From positions 124,001 through 188,000 of the forward strand of contig NIVC01001373.1 of assembly GCA_002269645.1 (NCBI GenBank): 64,000 nucleotides of DNA, in the 5' to 3' direction. The translations under genes were made by a program, and so were the position numbers. Source of the stretch: Macrostomum lignano. Lineage: Eukaryota. Of the stretch, positions 25,322 to 37,500 are shown piece after piece. The notes beneath the pieces are model-generated. The model was not told the DNA's origin. It ran no database searches and saw only the letters and a program-made list of their open reading frames with translations. Position 1 is the first letter of the stretch; every line of letters begins with the position of its first letter.

Positions 25322-26475
25322 GAGAAGCGAGCGGAGAGAGAAGGGTAGGTAGGTTGAGTAGGCTGTGAGAGTGGATAAAGAAGGGTAGGTAGGTAGAGTA
25401 GGCTGTGAGAGTGGACAGAGAAGGGTAGGTAGGTTGAGTAGGCTGTGAGAGTGGATAGAGAAGGGTAGGTAGGTTGAGTAGGCTGTGAGAGTGGATAGAG
25501 AAGGGTAGGTAGGTTGAGCAGGCTGTGAGAGTGGAGAGAGAAGGGTAGGTAGGTAGAGTAGGCTGTGAGAGTGGAGAGAGAAGGGTAGGTAGGTTGAGTA
25601 GGCTGTGAGAGTGGATAGAGAAGGGTAGGTAGGTTGAGTAGGCTGTGAGAGTGGATAGAGAAGGGTAGGTAGGTTGAGTAGGCTGTGAGAGTGGACAGAG
25701 AAGGGTAGGTAGGTTGAGTAGGCTGTGAGAGTGGATAGAGAAGGGTAGGTAGGTTGAGCAGGCTGTGAGAGTGGAGAGAGAAGGGTAGGTAGGTAGAGTA
25801 GGCTGTGAGAGTGGAGAGAGAAGGGTAGGTAGGTTGAGTAGGCTGTGAGAGTGGATAGAGAAGGGTAGGTAGGTTGAGTAGGCTGTGAGAGTGGATAGAG
25901 AAGGGTAGGTAGGTTGAGTAGGCTGTGAGAGTGGACAGAGAAGGGTAGGTAGGTTGAGTAGGCTGTGAGAGTGGATAGAGAAGGGTAGGTAGGTTGAGTA
26001 GGCTGTGAGAGTGGATAAAGAAGAGTAGGTAGGTAGAGTAGGCTGTGAGAGTGGATAAAGAAGGGTAGGTAGGTAGAGTAGGGTGTGAGAGTGGAGAGAG
26101 AAGGGTAGGTAGGTTGAGTAGGCTGTGAGAGTGGAGAGAGAAGGGGAAGTAGGTAGAGTAGGGTGCAGGAGTGCATGGAGAGAGAAGGGTAGGTAGGTAG
26201 AGTAGGGTGCAAGAATGCATGGAGAGAGAAGGGTAGGTAGGTAGAGTAGGGTGCAGGAGTGCATGGAGAGAGAAGGGTAGGTAGGTAGAGTAGGGTGCAG
26301 GAGTGCATGGAGAGAGAAGGGTAGGTAGGTAGAGTAGGGTGCAAGAGTGCATGGAGAGAGAAGGGTAGGTAGGTAGAGTAGGGTGCAGGAGTGCATGGAG
26401 AGAGAAGGGTAGGTAGGTAGAGTAGGGTGCAAGAGTGCATGGAGAGAGAAGGGTAGGTAGGTAGAGTAGGGTGTA
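25322..26475. repeat. Minisatellite, 40-bp unit (GAGAAGGGTAGGTAGGTTGAGTAGGCTGTGAGAGTGGATA) switching to a 44-bp variant near 26140
   Basis: Tandem periodicity of 40 then 44. Confidence 0.96.
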
Positions 26476-28340
26476 AGAATGGACGGGGGGTAGATAGCTG
26501 TAAGTCATTCAACTTCCCTGCAGGTTGCAGATTGCCGTAGCGGTTTTGGCCCTGAAAAGTCATATCTCATCCGCCTCAATATCAGAGCGATGGCGATTTG
26601 CGAGAGTCTGTAGATCTGAGCTGCCCTGTCTCACTTGGCCCTCAGTTCTTCTACGCCACTGCCGGCCTGCCTTACGCTCGAATAATCCGATAATGACCCC
26701 CTGCTCAAAGTCGGTTTAGCACCGCAGAGATTTGCTCCGAGTCCCCAGATTTTCAATCCAAGGAGTCTCCAAGGCCAGTGGGTGGCAGCTGAGGGCGTAT
26801 AGCGTGCAGAGTAGGTAACAAATGCCCCCCCCAAGATAACCAGCTGACAAAAGAGACTGGGCTTCGGGATTCCGTCGATGGTCGCTCGCCCGCCACCGGT
26901 CCTACAGAAGAATCCCTTTGGTCCGTCTCTACCCATATTTTAGACCGCACAAAACTGGCATAAAACCGGCCAACACGCGATGTTGATCACGCCATGCCCC
27001 CCCCCCCCCAGATTCTCAAATCTTGACTTTGCGCCATTTTGTGAAACTACTCAAGCCAGCTGATCATGAATCAAGTCTACAAAGAGGAGTTTGTGGTTTA
27101 ACAATAATAATATGCTCTTCATTAATTATTCAGTTAGGTCTTGGAGACGGCAGAAATGATTTTGTGCGTGTGTGTTGTTTTTTTCATGTCTCGAGCAGGG
27201 AAGCACAGGGCCGGCCGGCTCCATCAGTCAGCAGCCTCTGCTCGGGCTGAGATGGATCGATTCCAAATGCTGAAGGGTTAAAGCTTTGATGAGGAACTGA
27301 GGGATGGAGATTGGCCATCCAGAATCCTCTTGTGTCCGCAGCTGATTTGAATTTTTAATCAAGTGCGCCAGCGGCTTGGCAACTGCAGGAGATTTCTGGT
27401 GGGCCGCGCATTAGCATAATGAGGTCATGGGATTTTGGCAGGCCTCTGGCGGTGACAGCGCGGAGACAGCCGGGGAGCTCAGGATAGACTCTGCCAGCCC
27501 CCACCTCTCGCCCGAAAGCAAAGTTTCCAACTGCATCGGAGTCGGGGCATGCAGCTCTCTTCTCTGACTGACTCTGAGCTCTTCTGAGTTTCCATTCTTC
27601 CGCTTGCCTGGGCTCGCAATCTCAGCTCGCAATTTCTGCTGCTGCTGCTTCTGCCCACGTGGCGACCTGCGCGTCCTCAATATTTGAGAAGAAAGTCACG
27701 ACTATACATTTCATACATTATATCATTTGGACAGATTTGGCTACATTTTAAAAAAAGATTCGCCCTAAGAAATTGATGCCGCGGTTGCTATGGCGACAGT
27801 GGCGAGCTACTTGTGTATCCAGCGCAGTAGCTGTCTGTCTGTTCTCTTCCTTCGGCCAGCTTCGTTCTCAGTGGCGCAGTTTCAAGTAAAATAATCTTTT
27901 CTTTCTTTACTAAATTTCTTTTCCAACTCCAATTTCGAATCTGGAGAGAAGGCAGCAGTTCTGCATGGCAACAGCTCGGATTAACAGTGACAAAAAACTG
28001 AGTTTTCATAACCCGCTAACGAGTTTGGCCATCACAGATGCGAGCTTTAATCCGCTAACAGCCATGCAGTATGGGGCCCGCTTGGCCAGATAAACAAGAG
28101 GATTCATGCAGATTATTGTTTGTTACTGACCGCCTTGTACTCCACAGTGGCCGCAAGTTAATCCTTTCACAGTTTCTATACGCTGCTCATAGGTGTGACT
28201 TTGCCCAACAAATTCACACTTATGACCAAACTAAACTGCCTTTGTTATCCTTGCATGCCAACATAGCACTGCAGACGGCAGTGACAATAAGACTCTGATT
28301 GAGTCTTTGCAATATAGGGATTTAAGTAGGTCGGGATATA

Positions 28341-29322
28341 GTGGGTCAGGATACAATGGGTCAGGATAGAATGGGTCAGGATAGAATGGGTCAGGATAGA
28401 ATGGGTCAGGATAGAATGGGTCAGGATAGAATGGGTCAGGATAGAATGGGTCAGGATAGAATGGGTCAGGATAGAATGGGTCAGGATAGAATGGGTCAGG
28501 ATACAATGGGTCAGGATAGAATGGGTCAGGATAGAATGGGTCAGGATAGAATGGGTCAGGATACAATGGGTCAGGATAGAATGGGTCAGGATACAATGGG
28601 TCAGGATACAATGGGTCAGGATAGAATGGGTCAGGATAGAATGGGTCAGGATAGAATGGGTCAGGATAGAATGGGTCAGGATAGAATGGGTCAGGATAGA
28701 ATGGGTCAGGATAGAATGGGTCAGGATACAATGGGTCAGGATACAATGGGTCAGGATAGAATGGGTCAGGATAGAATGGGTCAGGATACAATGGGTCAGG
28801 ATACAATGGGTCAGGATAGAATGGGTCAGGATAGAATGGGTCAGGATAGAATGGGTCAGGATAGAATGGGTCAGGATAGAATGGGTCAGGATAGAATGGG
28901 TCAGGATAGAATGGGTCAGGATAGAATGGGTCAGGATAGAATGGGTCAGGATAGAATGGGTCAGGATACAATGGGTCAGGATAGAATGGGTCAGGATAGA
29001 ATGGGTCAGGATAGAATGGGTCAGGATAGAATGGGTCAGGATAGAATGGGTCAGGATAGAATGGGTCAGGATACAATGGGTCAGGATACAATGGGTCAGG
29101 ATACAATGGGTCAGGATAGAATGGGTCAGGATACAATGGGTCAGGATAGAATGGGTCAGGATAGAATGGGTCAGGATACAATGGGTCAGGATACAATGGG
29201 TCAGGATACAATGGGTCAGGATAGAATGGGTCAGGATACAATGGGTCAGGATAGAATGGGTCAGGATAGAATGGGTCAGGATAGAATGGGTCAGGATAGA
29301 ATGGGTCAGGATACAATGGGTC
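28341..29322. repeat. Minisatellite, 15-bp unit ATGGGTCAGGATA(G/C)A, 65 units
   Basis: Essentially perfect array with a single dimorphic site. Confidence 0.98.
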
Positions 29323-30409
29323 TCGTATCACCAGAGCCACGAGTTATGGAATGCATATGCTAATGCTACAGCAAAAAGTCAAGTCATGTTATCAATTGCG
29401 CAACTTTTAGCGATAGAGTGGCTGGACGGAGGCCAACAAAACATGCCCCATAGACGATCGCACACAGATGATCATTGAGTTAAAATTCAATTACAGTTGT
29501 TGATATTTAATATTGCGGTGAAAAACTGGCCATTGAAACTCAATTCCTACTCCCCCCTCAAGGCAGCAGTTGACTGAAATGCTCGCTATGTTTGTTTATA
29601 GGGACCTGCTGAGCGGGAGTTTAACTTAAGCCAGAAGCCTTGAGCAGCTCCCGCAGTCATGCGCCCTCGAGGGCATAAAACTGCTGATGTCTCGGGCTCA
29701 TCCAGGGAGAAACTCCCGGCGCTAAAATGTATAAAAATCTACAATCAAAACAGTTTTATAAGCTTGTCAAGACATTGTGCCTCGATTATGATCGGGTGAC
29801 TTCATTTTGAGTAGGGGGGGGGGGGGGTCGCGCAGTCATTCCATTACTCTCTCCTATACTCGATTCTGCGCGAATAAAATTTCTGTGTCCGTTTCAAAAT
29901 GCAGGCTTGCTTTTTTCCCTTTCTCTATAAAATACTTTGGCTGCTCTGAATAATGCAGAAATTGCCTGCCGCTTCGCCAGCCGTGTGTGAAATCAAATTG
30001 GGGGGGGGGGGTTGGCGCGGGATGGGGAGCGGGGGAGCGACTTATTGACCTCCTCCGCCCACCGCTGCACACCGGGGCATTAATCTCAAATCTCAGAGAT
30101 CCCTGGCAACTGATAACCCCCCCCCCCTACCCGGTGCGGTGAGATTTCACTCTCTCTCTCTCCTCTCTCTCTGTCTCTCCGATAAGCGCAATAAAATTTG
30201 TCGATAAGCCATGCTGCAGTTCTGTGTAAAGAGCGGGGAACGGCTGTATGAAATGATGCAGCTACTATATTTATTGTGTTATTTATATTTTTGCCCTATA
30301 TGGTATGGCATAGTTGATGGGATGAATCGAGTTTTCAGATTCAGATTCAGTATATAAGCATATTTTTGAAATTACGGAGCTGGGGTCTGAGAGGATGTAA
30401 GAGACTGCG

Positions 30410-30985
30410 AGAGGGAGGCAGAAAGAGGGAGACAGAGAGAGGGAGACAGAGAGAGGGAGACAGAAAGGGAGAGAGAGAGAGAGAGGGAGGCAGAGAGAGG
30501 GAGAAAGGGGGAGAGACCGGAGAGGAGGATTCAGTTTAGAGACAGAATTGGATGCAGTTTAGGGATAGAATGGGGTGCAGTTTAGGGATAGAATTGGATG
30601 CAGTTTAGGGATAGAATTGGGTGCAGTTTAGGGATAGAATTGGGTGCAGTTTAGAGATAGAATAGTGCAGTTTAGAGATAGAATAGTGCAGTTTAGAGAT
30701 AGAATGGGGTGCAGTTTAGAGATAGAATTGAATGCAGTTTAGGGATAGAATGGGGTGCAGTTTAAAGATAGAATGGGGTGCAGTTTAGAGATAGAATAGT
30801 GCAGTTTAGAGATAGAATAGTGTAGTTTAGAGATAGAATAGTGCAGTTTAGAGATAGAATAGTGCAGTTTAGAGAATAGAATGGGTGTAGTTTAGAGATA
30901 GAATAGTGCAGTTTAGAGATAGAATAGTGCAGTTTAGAGATAGAATAGTGCAGTTTAGAGATAGAATAGTGCAGTTTAGAGATAG
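30410..30985. repeat. GA-rich tract followed by a 21-23-bp minisatellite GTGCAGTTTAGAGATAGAATA
   Basis: Tandem periodicity. Confidence 0.92.
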
Positions 30986-31136
30986 GAAATGCTATGGCAA
31001 GCAAACACATAGCTGCAGACTGGCACTCAGCACAAATATAAAATATTGCCAATTGAATTCTCAAGCCGGCGAGACTCAAAAGATTCGCAAAACGCTGGGT
31101 TGCCGGCAGGCAGACAGAAGATGTCCCTGGCCGCTG

Positions 31137-31506
31137 ATTGGCTGGCCCGGCAGGCCTGTCGCAGCCAATGGTAGCGGGGGGACTCGTACTCAGACGCAGA
31201 AGCCTGTGTGGCGGCAGTTCAGTCCACTGGGCTTTGCATTAACCGCGCCTCATTGCGCGGGCCCATCCGTGCTCAATCATCAATTTCGGGCGCGCCACCT
31301 TCTTTCGATTCGCTGAGGCGAGGCGGGCCGCCCCCTCCTCTGCCGCGCTCCGCTCTCCCTTCCTCCTCATGCGAATAAAACAGTCGCAGGGCCCGCAGCG
31401 GCCCAACCCCATCCCGCTTCCGCGCCACTTGCCTTGCCCGTCTGCCTGACTTGCGCCCGGCGCCCTCAACCGCTCTGACGGCCTCATTCGCTTCTCACAG
31501 GTAAGT
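31137..31506 (+). promoter_or_regulatory. Candidate distal Pax6 promoter / 5'UTR exon (inverted CCAAT pair, GC-rich, consensus donor CAG|GTAAGT at 31501)
   Basis: ATTGG at 31137, CCAAT at 31165, perfect 5' splice site at 31500/31501; the next strong acceptor is at 34409, before the Pax6 ATG. Confidence 0.4.
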
Positions 31507-33084
31507 AGCCACATGGAAACTTCTTCTTTTCTGCTTCTTTTGTACCGCTGCCAGGGCTGCGACTGCCCCGCTGTGGGAGGGGCGGACCGAAGCCAGGGAT
31601 AGGGGGGGGGGGGGGCAGTGTGCCAGGACACCAGGACGGGACATTATCCCCGCCACTGACTCCCGACCCCGGGGGCCCGCGCCACAGTCTTCTTCTCCCT
31701 TTTTCCCCTTTCTGCTTGCCTGCTTTTTTCAGGCAATTCGCGGCCTTTGGAGTTGAAATGCATCATGCACGGTACCTCTGGAAGATCAGGCCAGCCGGCA
31801 CTGTACTATTAGTAAAGTAGTGCGAGGTTATCCTTCAGCCTTTGGATATTTTCCCGCGAATTTGACACCAGACTCAAGCTCGGTAATTTATTTGATTCGA
31901 GAGTTGAGACCAGTTCCAGATTTTAGCGAGTATCAAAGTCAAATTTGTACACAAATTTATTTCGAATTGATTTATCTAACTATTCAAATTTTGTGGAAAT
32001 TATGATCCATTGCTTGTTCTACCGTAGTATAGTTCGAAACGAGTTGAATTTCCAAGGCGAGCTGGCGAGGGAGACCAACTCTGCTGTACAGATTCATTTA
32101 AATTCGAAACTTCATGCTCAATCTATACTACTACTGACAGTGGAGTAGTAGTGTGTTGCGCAAGTAGTGCTACTAATATTGTTGGGTCTGTTTAATTTGG
32201 ATAATGGCTGAAGCCAAGTTTAAAGCAAAGGTTCATTGGGTTGACGGTTAGTCTCGATTGTAAAAACTAAACCCCTCCCCCATTTAACTGGCTCAAAGAA
32301 GAAATTACTCGCAAATAAAAACATAATTGCAAGCTGGAAGCTCTGAAATTCAGCTGCCCATGGATGCAGCCAGAGGCCACTCTCAAGTCTCGATTGAAGT
32401 TCGATGGAGCCCCGGGTCCTCGGCCTCTGTTGTGCTCAGGAAATGAGCACTTCACACTTCCAGACCTCTTGCAGCCTGCATCTGAAAGCATACTAATCCA
32501 TATACTTAGATTACTAATTTAACAAACTGCCATAATGCTTAAAATCCTGTAGCCTTATATAACATGCCTTTTTGAGGTTTTATTTGGCCTCAGGGCACAC
32601 ACCCATGTCATGCCTGTTAGTTATCCAGTTAAATAGCCTCACTATAGCAGCGTTAACAGATTCACTGAGTTTCTGTCCGGGCAGTCCCATGCTGCCTTCA
32701 TAATGATGGTTGGAAACTGGACTCATGGTCTGTCAGGCTAATTTTCCTACTTAACTAATTAGTCTTTTGCTCAGAAACTGCACAGGATTTGCCTGCCTGC
32801 AATTAACAGGAGTCAATTTTTCACATTCCGATTAGATAAGCCGCTCTTTTGCCTGTCAGATGGTCAGTCTGTAAGGTTTTTTTAGTTGCTAAGGAGATGG
32901 GATTCTCGGACTGGTAAAAAATTTCATGCAGCTTTTCGATTTTTGCGTTTTTGGAATAATAGAAAATAACTGGGTATCTGGTTTCCCGTTGCTTTATCTG
33001 GTTTGCTTTTTTTGGAGAAAATATATAATGTATAAAGGTCTAGACACAAGAGTTAGGAATAAGATGCTCTAGAATAGGTCGCTC

Positions 33085-33790
33085 CTCTGTCTGACGCAAT
33101 GTCTACCACAGTCTGACTCCCTGTCTACCCCTGTCTGACTTCCTGTCTGACTCCCTGTCTACCCCTACCTGACTCCCTGTCTGACTCCCTGTCTGACTCT
33201 CTGTCTACCCCTACCTGACTCCCTGTCTGACTCACTGTCTGACTCTCTGTCTACCCCTACCTGACTCCCTGTCTGACTCACTGTCTGACTCCCTGTCTGA
33301 CTCCCTGTCTGACTCCCTGTCTACCCCTACCTGACTCCCTGTCTACCCCTACCTGACTCCCTGTCTGACTCCCTGTCTGACTCCCTGTCTGACTGCCTGT
33401 CTGACTGCCTGTCTGACTCCCTGTCTGACTCCCTGTCTGACTCCCTGTCTGACTCCCTGTCTACCCCTGTCTGACTTCCTGTCTGACTCACTGTCTGACT
33501 CTCTGTCTACCCCTACCTGACTCCCTGTCTGACTCACTGTCTGACTCCCTGTCTGACTCCCTGTCTGACTCCCTGTCTACCCCTACCTGACTCCCTGTCT
33601 ACCCCTACCTGACTCCCTGTCTGACTCCCTGTCTGACTCCCTGTCTGACTGCCTGTCTGACTCCCTGTCTGACTCCCTGTCTGACTCCCTGTCTGACTCC
33701 CTGTCTGACTCCGTGTCTGACTCCCTGTCTGACTCCCTGTCTAACTCCCTGTCTGACTCCCTGTCTACCCCTGCCTACCCCTGTCTGACT
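33085..33790. repeat. Minisatellite, 12-bp unit CTGTCTGACTCC interspersed with CTACCCCTAC
   Basis: Tandem periodicity. Confidence 0.95.
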
Positions 33791-33893
33791 ACAAAGTTTA
33801 TAATTCTATTCCACGCAAATCTCTTTTCCCTTTCCCAAGAAAAAGCTTGAGCTAAACTTGCATTGAATGACCCGAAAACTTGGAAGGGATCTC

Positions 33894-34004
33894 ATTGGCT
33901 CTCATTGGCTCCCAGCGCTGGTCAACTTGAACAACAAAAGCTTGGACAAAAGGCGCTTGGGACCGGGGGTGCTGAGCACGCAGATGTTATACTCATGCCA
34001 TTGG
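33894..34004 (+). promoter_or_regulatory. Candidate proximal Pax6 promoter: three ATTGG (reverse CCAAT) boxes
   Basis: CTCATTGGCT twice in tandem (33891-33910) and ATTGG at 34000, ~450-550 nt upstream of ATG 34446. Confidence 0.35.
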
Positions 34005-34445
34005 CTGGGCCAACTTTGAGTCTCTCTCTGAGCAGCTTTGATCGGTGGAGAGAGGACAAGGCAAGCAGTTCAGCGGGGAGGGAGGAGGCTGAGCTCCTGC
34101 ATCAAAAGAAGCGGGACTCCAAATTCTTTGCTTGCCATTGCCAGCCCCACCCCAAGGCACAGAGGTGAGCCCTGACTGCGCTTGTAAGCTGACAATACAA
34201 GCAATATAAAAATTCTGTATTTTGTCAGTCGGCAGGAAGACAGCAGAGCAGGGAATGGAGAGAGGCCCAGCGCTTCCCCCACACTGACCAGTGAGCAGAG
34301 CTGATGAAGGACAGTGACCACAGCTTAGCTGACACCCTGACCTGTCTTCCAGGTTGGCTACAAAACTTTACTCATTCCTAATTTTAATTCATTCCCCTTA
34401 TTTGCCCAGAAATCTTCTAAAAGAAGACATAAAAGGAGAGCAGCA

Positions 34446-34468
34446 ATGCAGCACTTGCATATGATGCA

Positions 34469-34506
<38 letters not shown>

Positions 34507-37500
34507 TTCTGATTCATCAACACCAGCAACAGCAGCAGCAACAGCAGCAGCAGCAGCAGCTTGATGCGGTGGACTCCGATCCACTTGGAAACAAATCAGG
34601 TGAGAAAGAGCTTCGTTTTTAAGGCTAATATAATTTGGAGCTTAATCTTAATCAGCCTACCCATGAACTTACGGGGTGGGGGCAAGGAATCCTCTCAATT
34701 GCCCCCAAAAATAGTGATAGCTAGGGGTAGGGGCGCCCACCTATCACTTAGGGGCACCAACCAAGACACGAAATACTGCATGCTACACCACCCTAATAAT
34801 TGCGGCCCCTCCAATTTTCACTGAAAATTACAAAATTTAAGTTTCAGGCATTTCGGACGGGTCCGAGGAGGAAATGAAGTGCAAAAAGAAGGCCAAGAGA
34901 GGTGAGTGGCCGAAAATGCTCGGATATTCGTTTGTGAGCTTTTGTGGGCGCCGTTTTCCCTCTATCAAATCCTTCAGGGGTGCCGCCTCCCCCCACCAGA
35001 TCTTTCAGTGGGTGCCGCCTCCCCCCCACCAGATCCTTCAGGGGGCGCCGCTTCCCCCCCCCCCCACCAGATCCTTCAGGGGTGCCGCCTCCCCCCACCA
35101 GATCTTTCAGTGGGTGCCGCCTCCCCCACCAGATCCTTCAGGGGGCGCCGCTTCCCCCCCCCCACCAGATCCTTCAGGGGTGCCGCCTCCCCCCACCAGA
35201 TCTTTCAGTGGGTGCCGCCTCCCCCCACCAGATCCTTCAGGGGGCGCCGCTTCCCCCCCCCCCACCAGATCCTTCAGGGGCGCCGCCTCACGGGCGGGCG
35301 GTCGCGGAGACCTGAAAAAAGTCAAAGGGGAGACCAAGCGCGTTGTCGCCCAAATACAGAGCCATCCCCCCGCCGCCCCCCCCCCTCGGGTCTTTACTCT
35401 CCAGAATCCGCCCCCCCTTGGGTCATTACCCTCCAGAATCCACCCCCTTTGGTCTTAACCCTCCAGAATCCGCCCCCTCGGGTCTTAACCCTCCAGAATC
35501 CGCCCCCTCGGGTCTTTACCCTCCAGAATCCGCCCCCTCGGGTCTTTACCCTCCAGAATCCGCCCCCTCTCGGGTCTTTACCCTCCAGAATCCGCCCCCT
35601 CTCGGGTCATTACCCTCCAGAATCCACCCCCTCGGGTCTTAACCCTCCAGAATCCACCCCCTCGGGTCTTTACCCTCCAGAATCCGCCCCCTCGGGTCTT
35701 TACCCTCCAGAATCCGCCCCCTCGGGTCTTTACCCTCCAGAATCCGCCCCCTCTCGGGTCTTTACCCTCCAGAATCCGCCCCCTCTCGGGTCTTTACCCT
35801 CCAGAATCCGCCCCCTTTGGTCTTAACCCTCCAGAATCCACCCCCTCGGGTCTTTACCCTCCAGAATCCGCCCCCCTCGGGTCTTTACCCTCCAGAATCC
35901 GCCCCCTCGGGTCTTTACCCTCCAGAATCCGCCCCCCCTCGGGTCTTTACCCTCCAGAATCCGCCCCCTCTCGGGTCTTTACCCTCCAGAATCCGCCCCC
36001 CTCGGGTCTTTACCCTCCAGAATCCGCCCCCTCTCAGGTCTTTACCCTCCAAAATCCGCCCCCCTCGGGTCTTCACCCTCCAGAATCCGCCCTCTCCCCT
36101 CAACAAATTTCTGGTTGCGCCACTGATAAGCATCCCAAAAATGAGCCTCACAAAGCAGATTTTCAAAGCCTCGCCATGTTGAAAAATTGGATAGAGACAG
36201 CTGTAGCCTCTGTAGTCCATGCAGAGAATGCCGATAAAAATGAGACAAGTTTTCTTCTATCAACCCGGGGCTATCAAGTGATGCGACAGGGGCCCTGCTT
36301 GGTTCCGCCCCTCATTATCCGGCACAGATCATGCAGCGACAGGGGGATGGGCGGATTGCATTACAGTCCTTACAAGGTAAAAAATCAAGAAGGCTTCGCT
36401 TTTATGGCCCAATTTGCAAGCCCCTGACGCTCAACGACTCAGTAAGACGATTTTGTCGGGTCAAATGTAAGGGAGGGCCGTCCGTTTGAGTCTGGCGAGT
36501 TTGACATGACCTGCTTGGGGAATTTGAGTCGGTAGCTCAGACCTAGGCTGGAATGTAGATGGAGCACCTGCTATACACTGAGGTAGGGGGGACTGTGCTA
36601 TGCTTGTTCGAGAAAGTGTGTCTATTTTAGACAGTTTGATGTGCTTAACAGCACGACAAGAATGGCTTGCAGAGATGCTCATTCACTTGACATGAGACCA
36701 TGAGACGCTGCTCTGACAGAGCAGACTACTTCTTCTGCGAGAGCGAATCGCCCTCGAGTCTTTGATGCCGCTATAGGTGAGGGCTTGAGCCTAAGAGATC
36801 AAAACTTCGGGTCTGGCTCGTTCTCACGATTCAGCCGCTGCATTCTGTGCTTTACTTTCCATATACTCGTATCAATGCAGCAAGCTGGGCATACAACAGG
36901 AGCAGCCACTAAATGAAGTGACTGACCAGACACCCCCCAGCTGGCACGGCCTTGGCTGTCAAAGTCTTGGCAGTCAGCTAGGCGCCACATATAAATGAGT
37001 ATTATCATTAGCTATTTTAAACCCCCCCCCCCCCCAATTTTTTTGAGTTCCTCGGGGCGCAAAGAAGAGATATTGAGTCAAGATAATGCGGTCTTTTTTT
37101 GGTGCCCGGACCTTCAACTGGACACTACAGTATATATATCAGTATACATATAAATATAGTAGCACCTAAAAGTGTCGAAGTTACTCCTATTTCTCAGTGA
37201 GTCCCCCCCGAGCAAGAACTCCCGCCATCAGTATTTTTCCTTACAAATTGAATTTCTGTGGCGGATCCAGGACTTGACGGTCCACTTGGATGGATCTGAC
37301 CAAACAACTACTTATTGACAAAATCAATAGCCCCGTGTGCAATGCAGTGTTCTCCGAGCAGTCATTAGGCTAATGTCTTACTCATAACTGTTGTAAACAT
37401 TATTCTTGATCCAGCTTGGTCTCTACTTTCTGCTGCTCAACTGTCACTCTTTCTGCTGCTCAATTGTCACTCTTTCTGCTGCTCAGTTGTCACTTTTTCT

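Noticed and set aside
36105-36125. MITE-like terminus AAATTTCTGGTTGCGCCACTG (and GTGGCGGATCCAGG near 37258)
   Set aside because: No convincing partner TIR or TSD found; at most solo fragments
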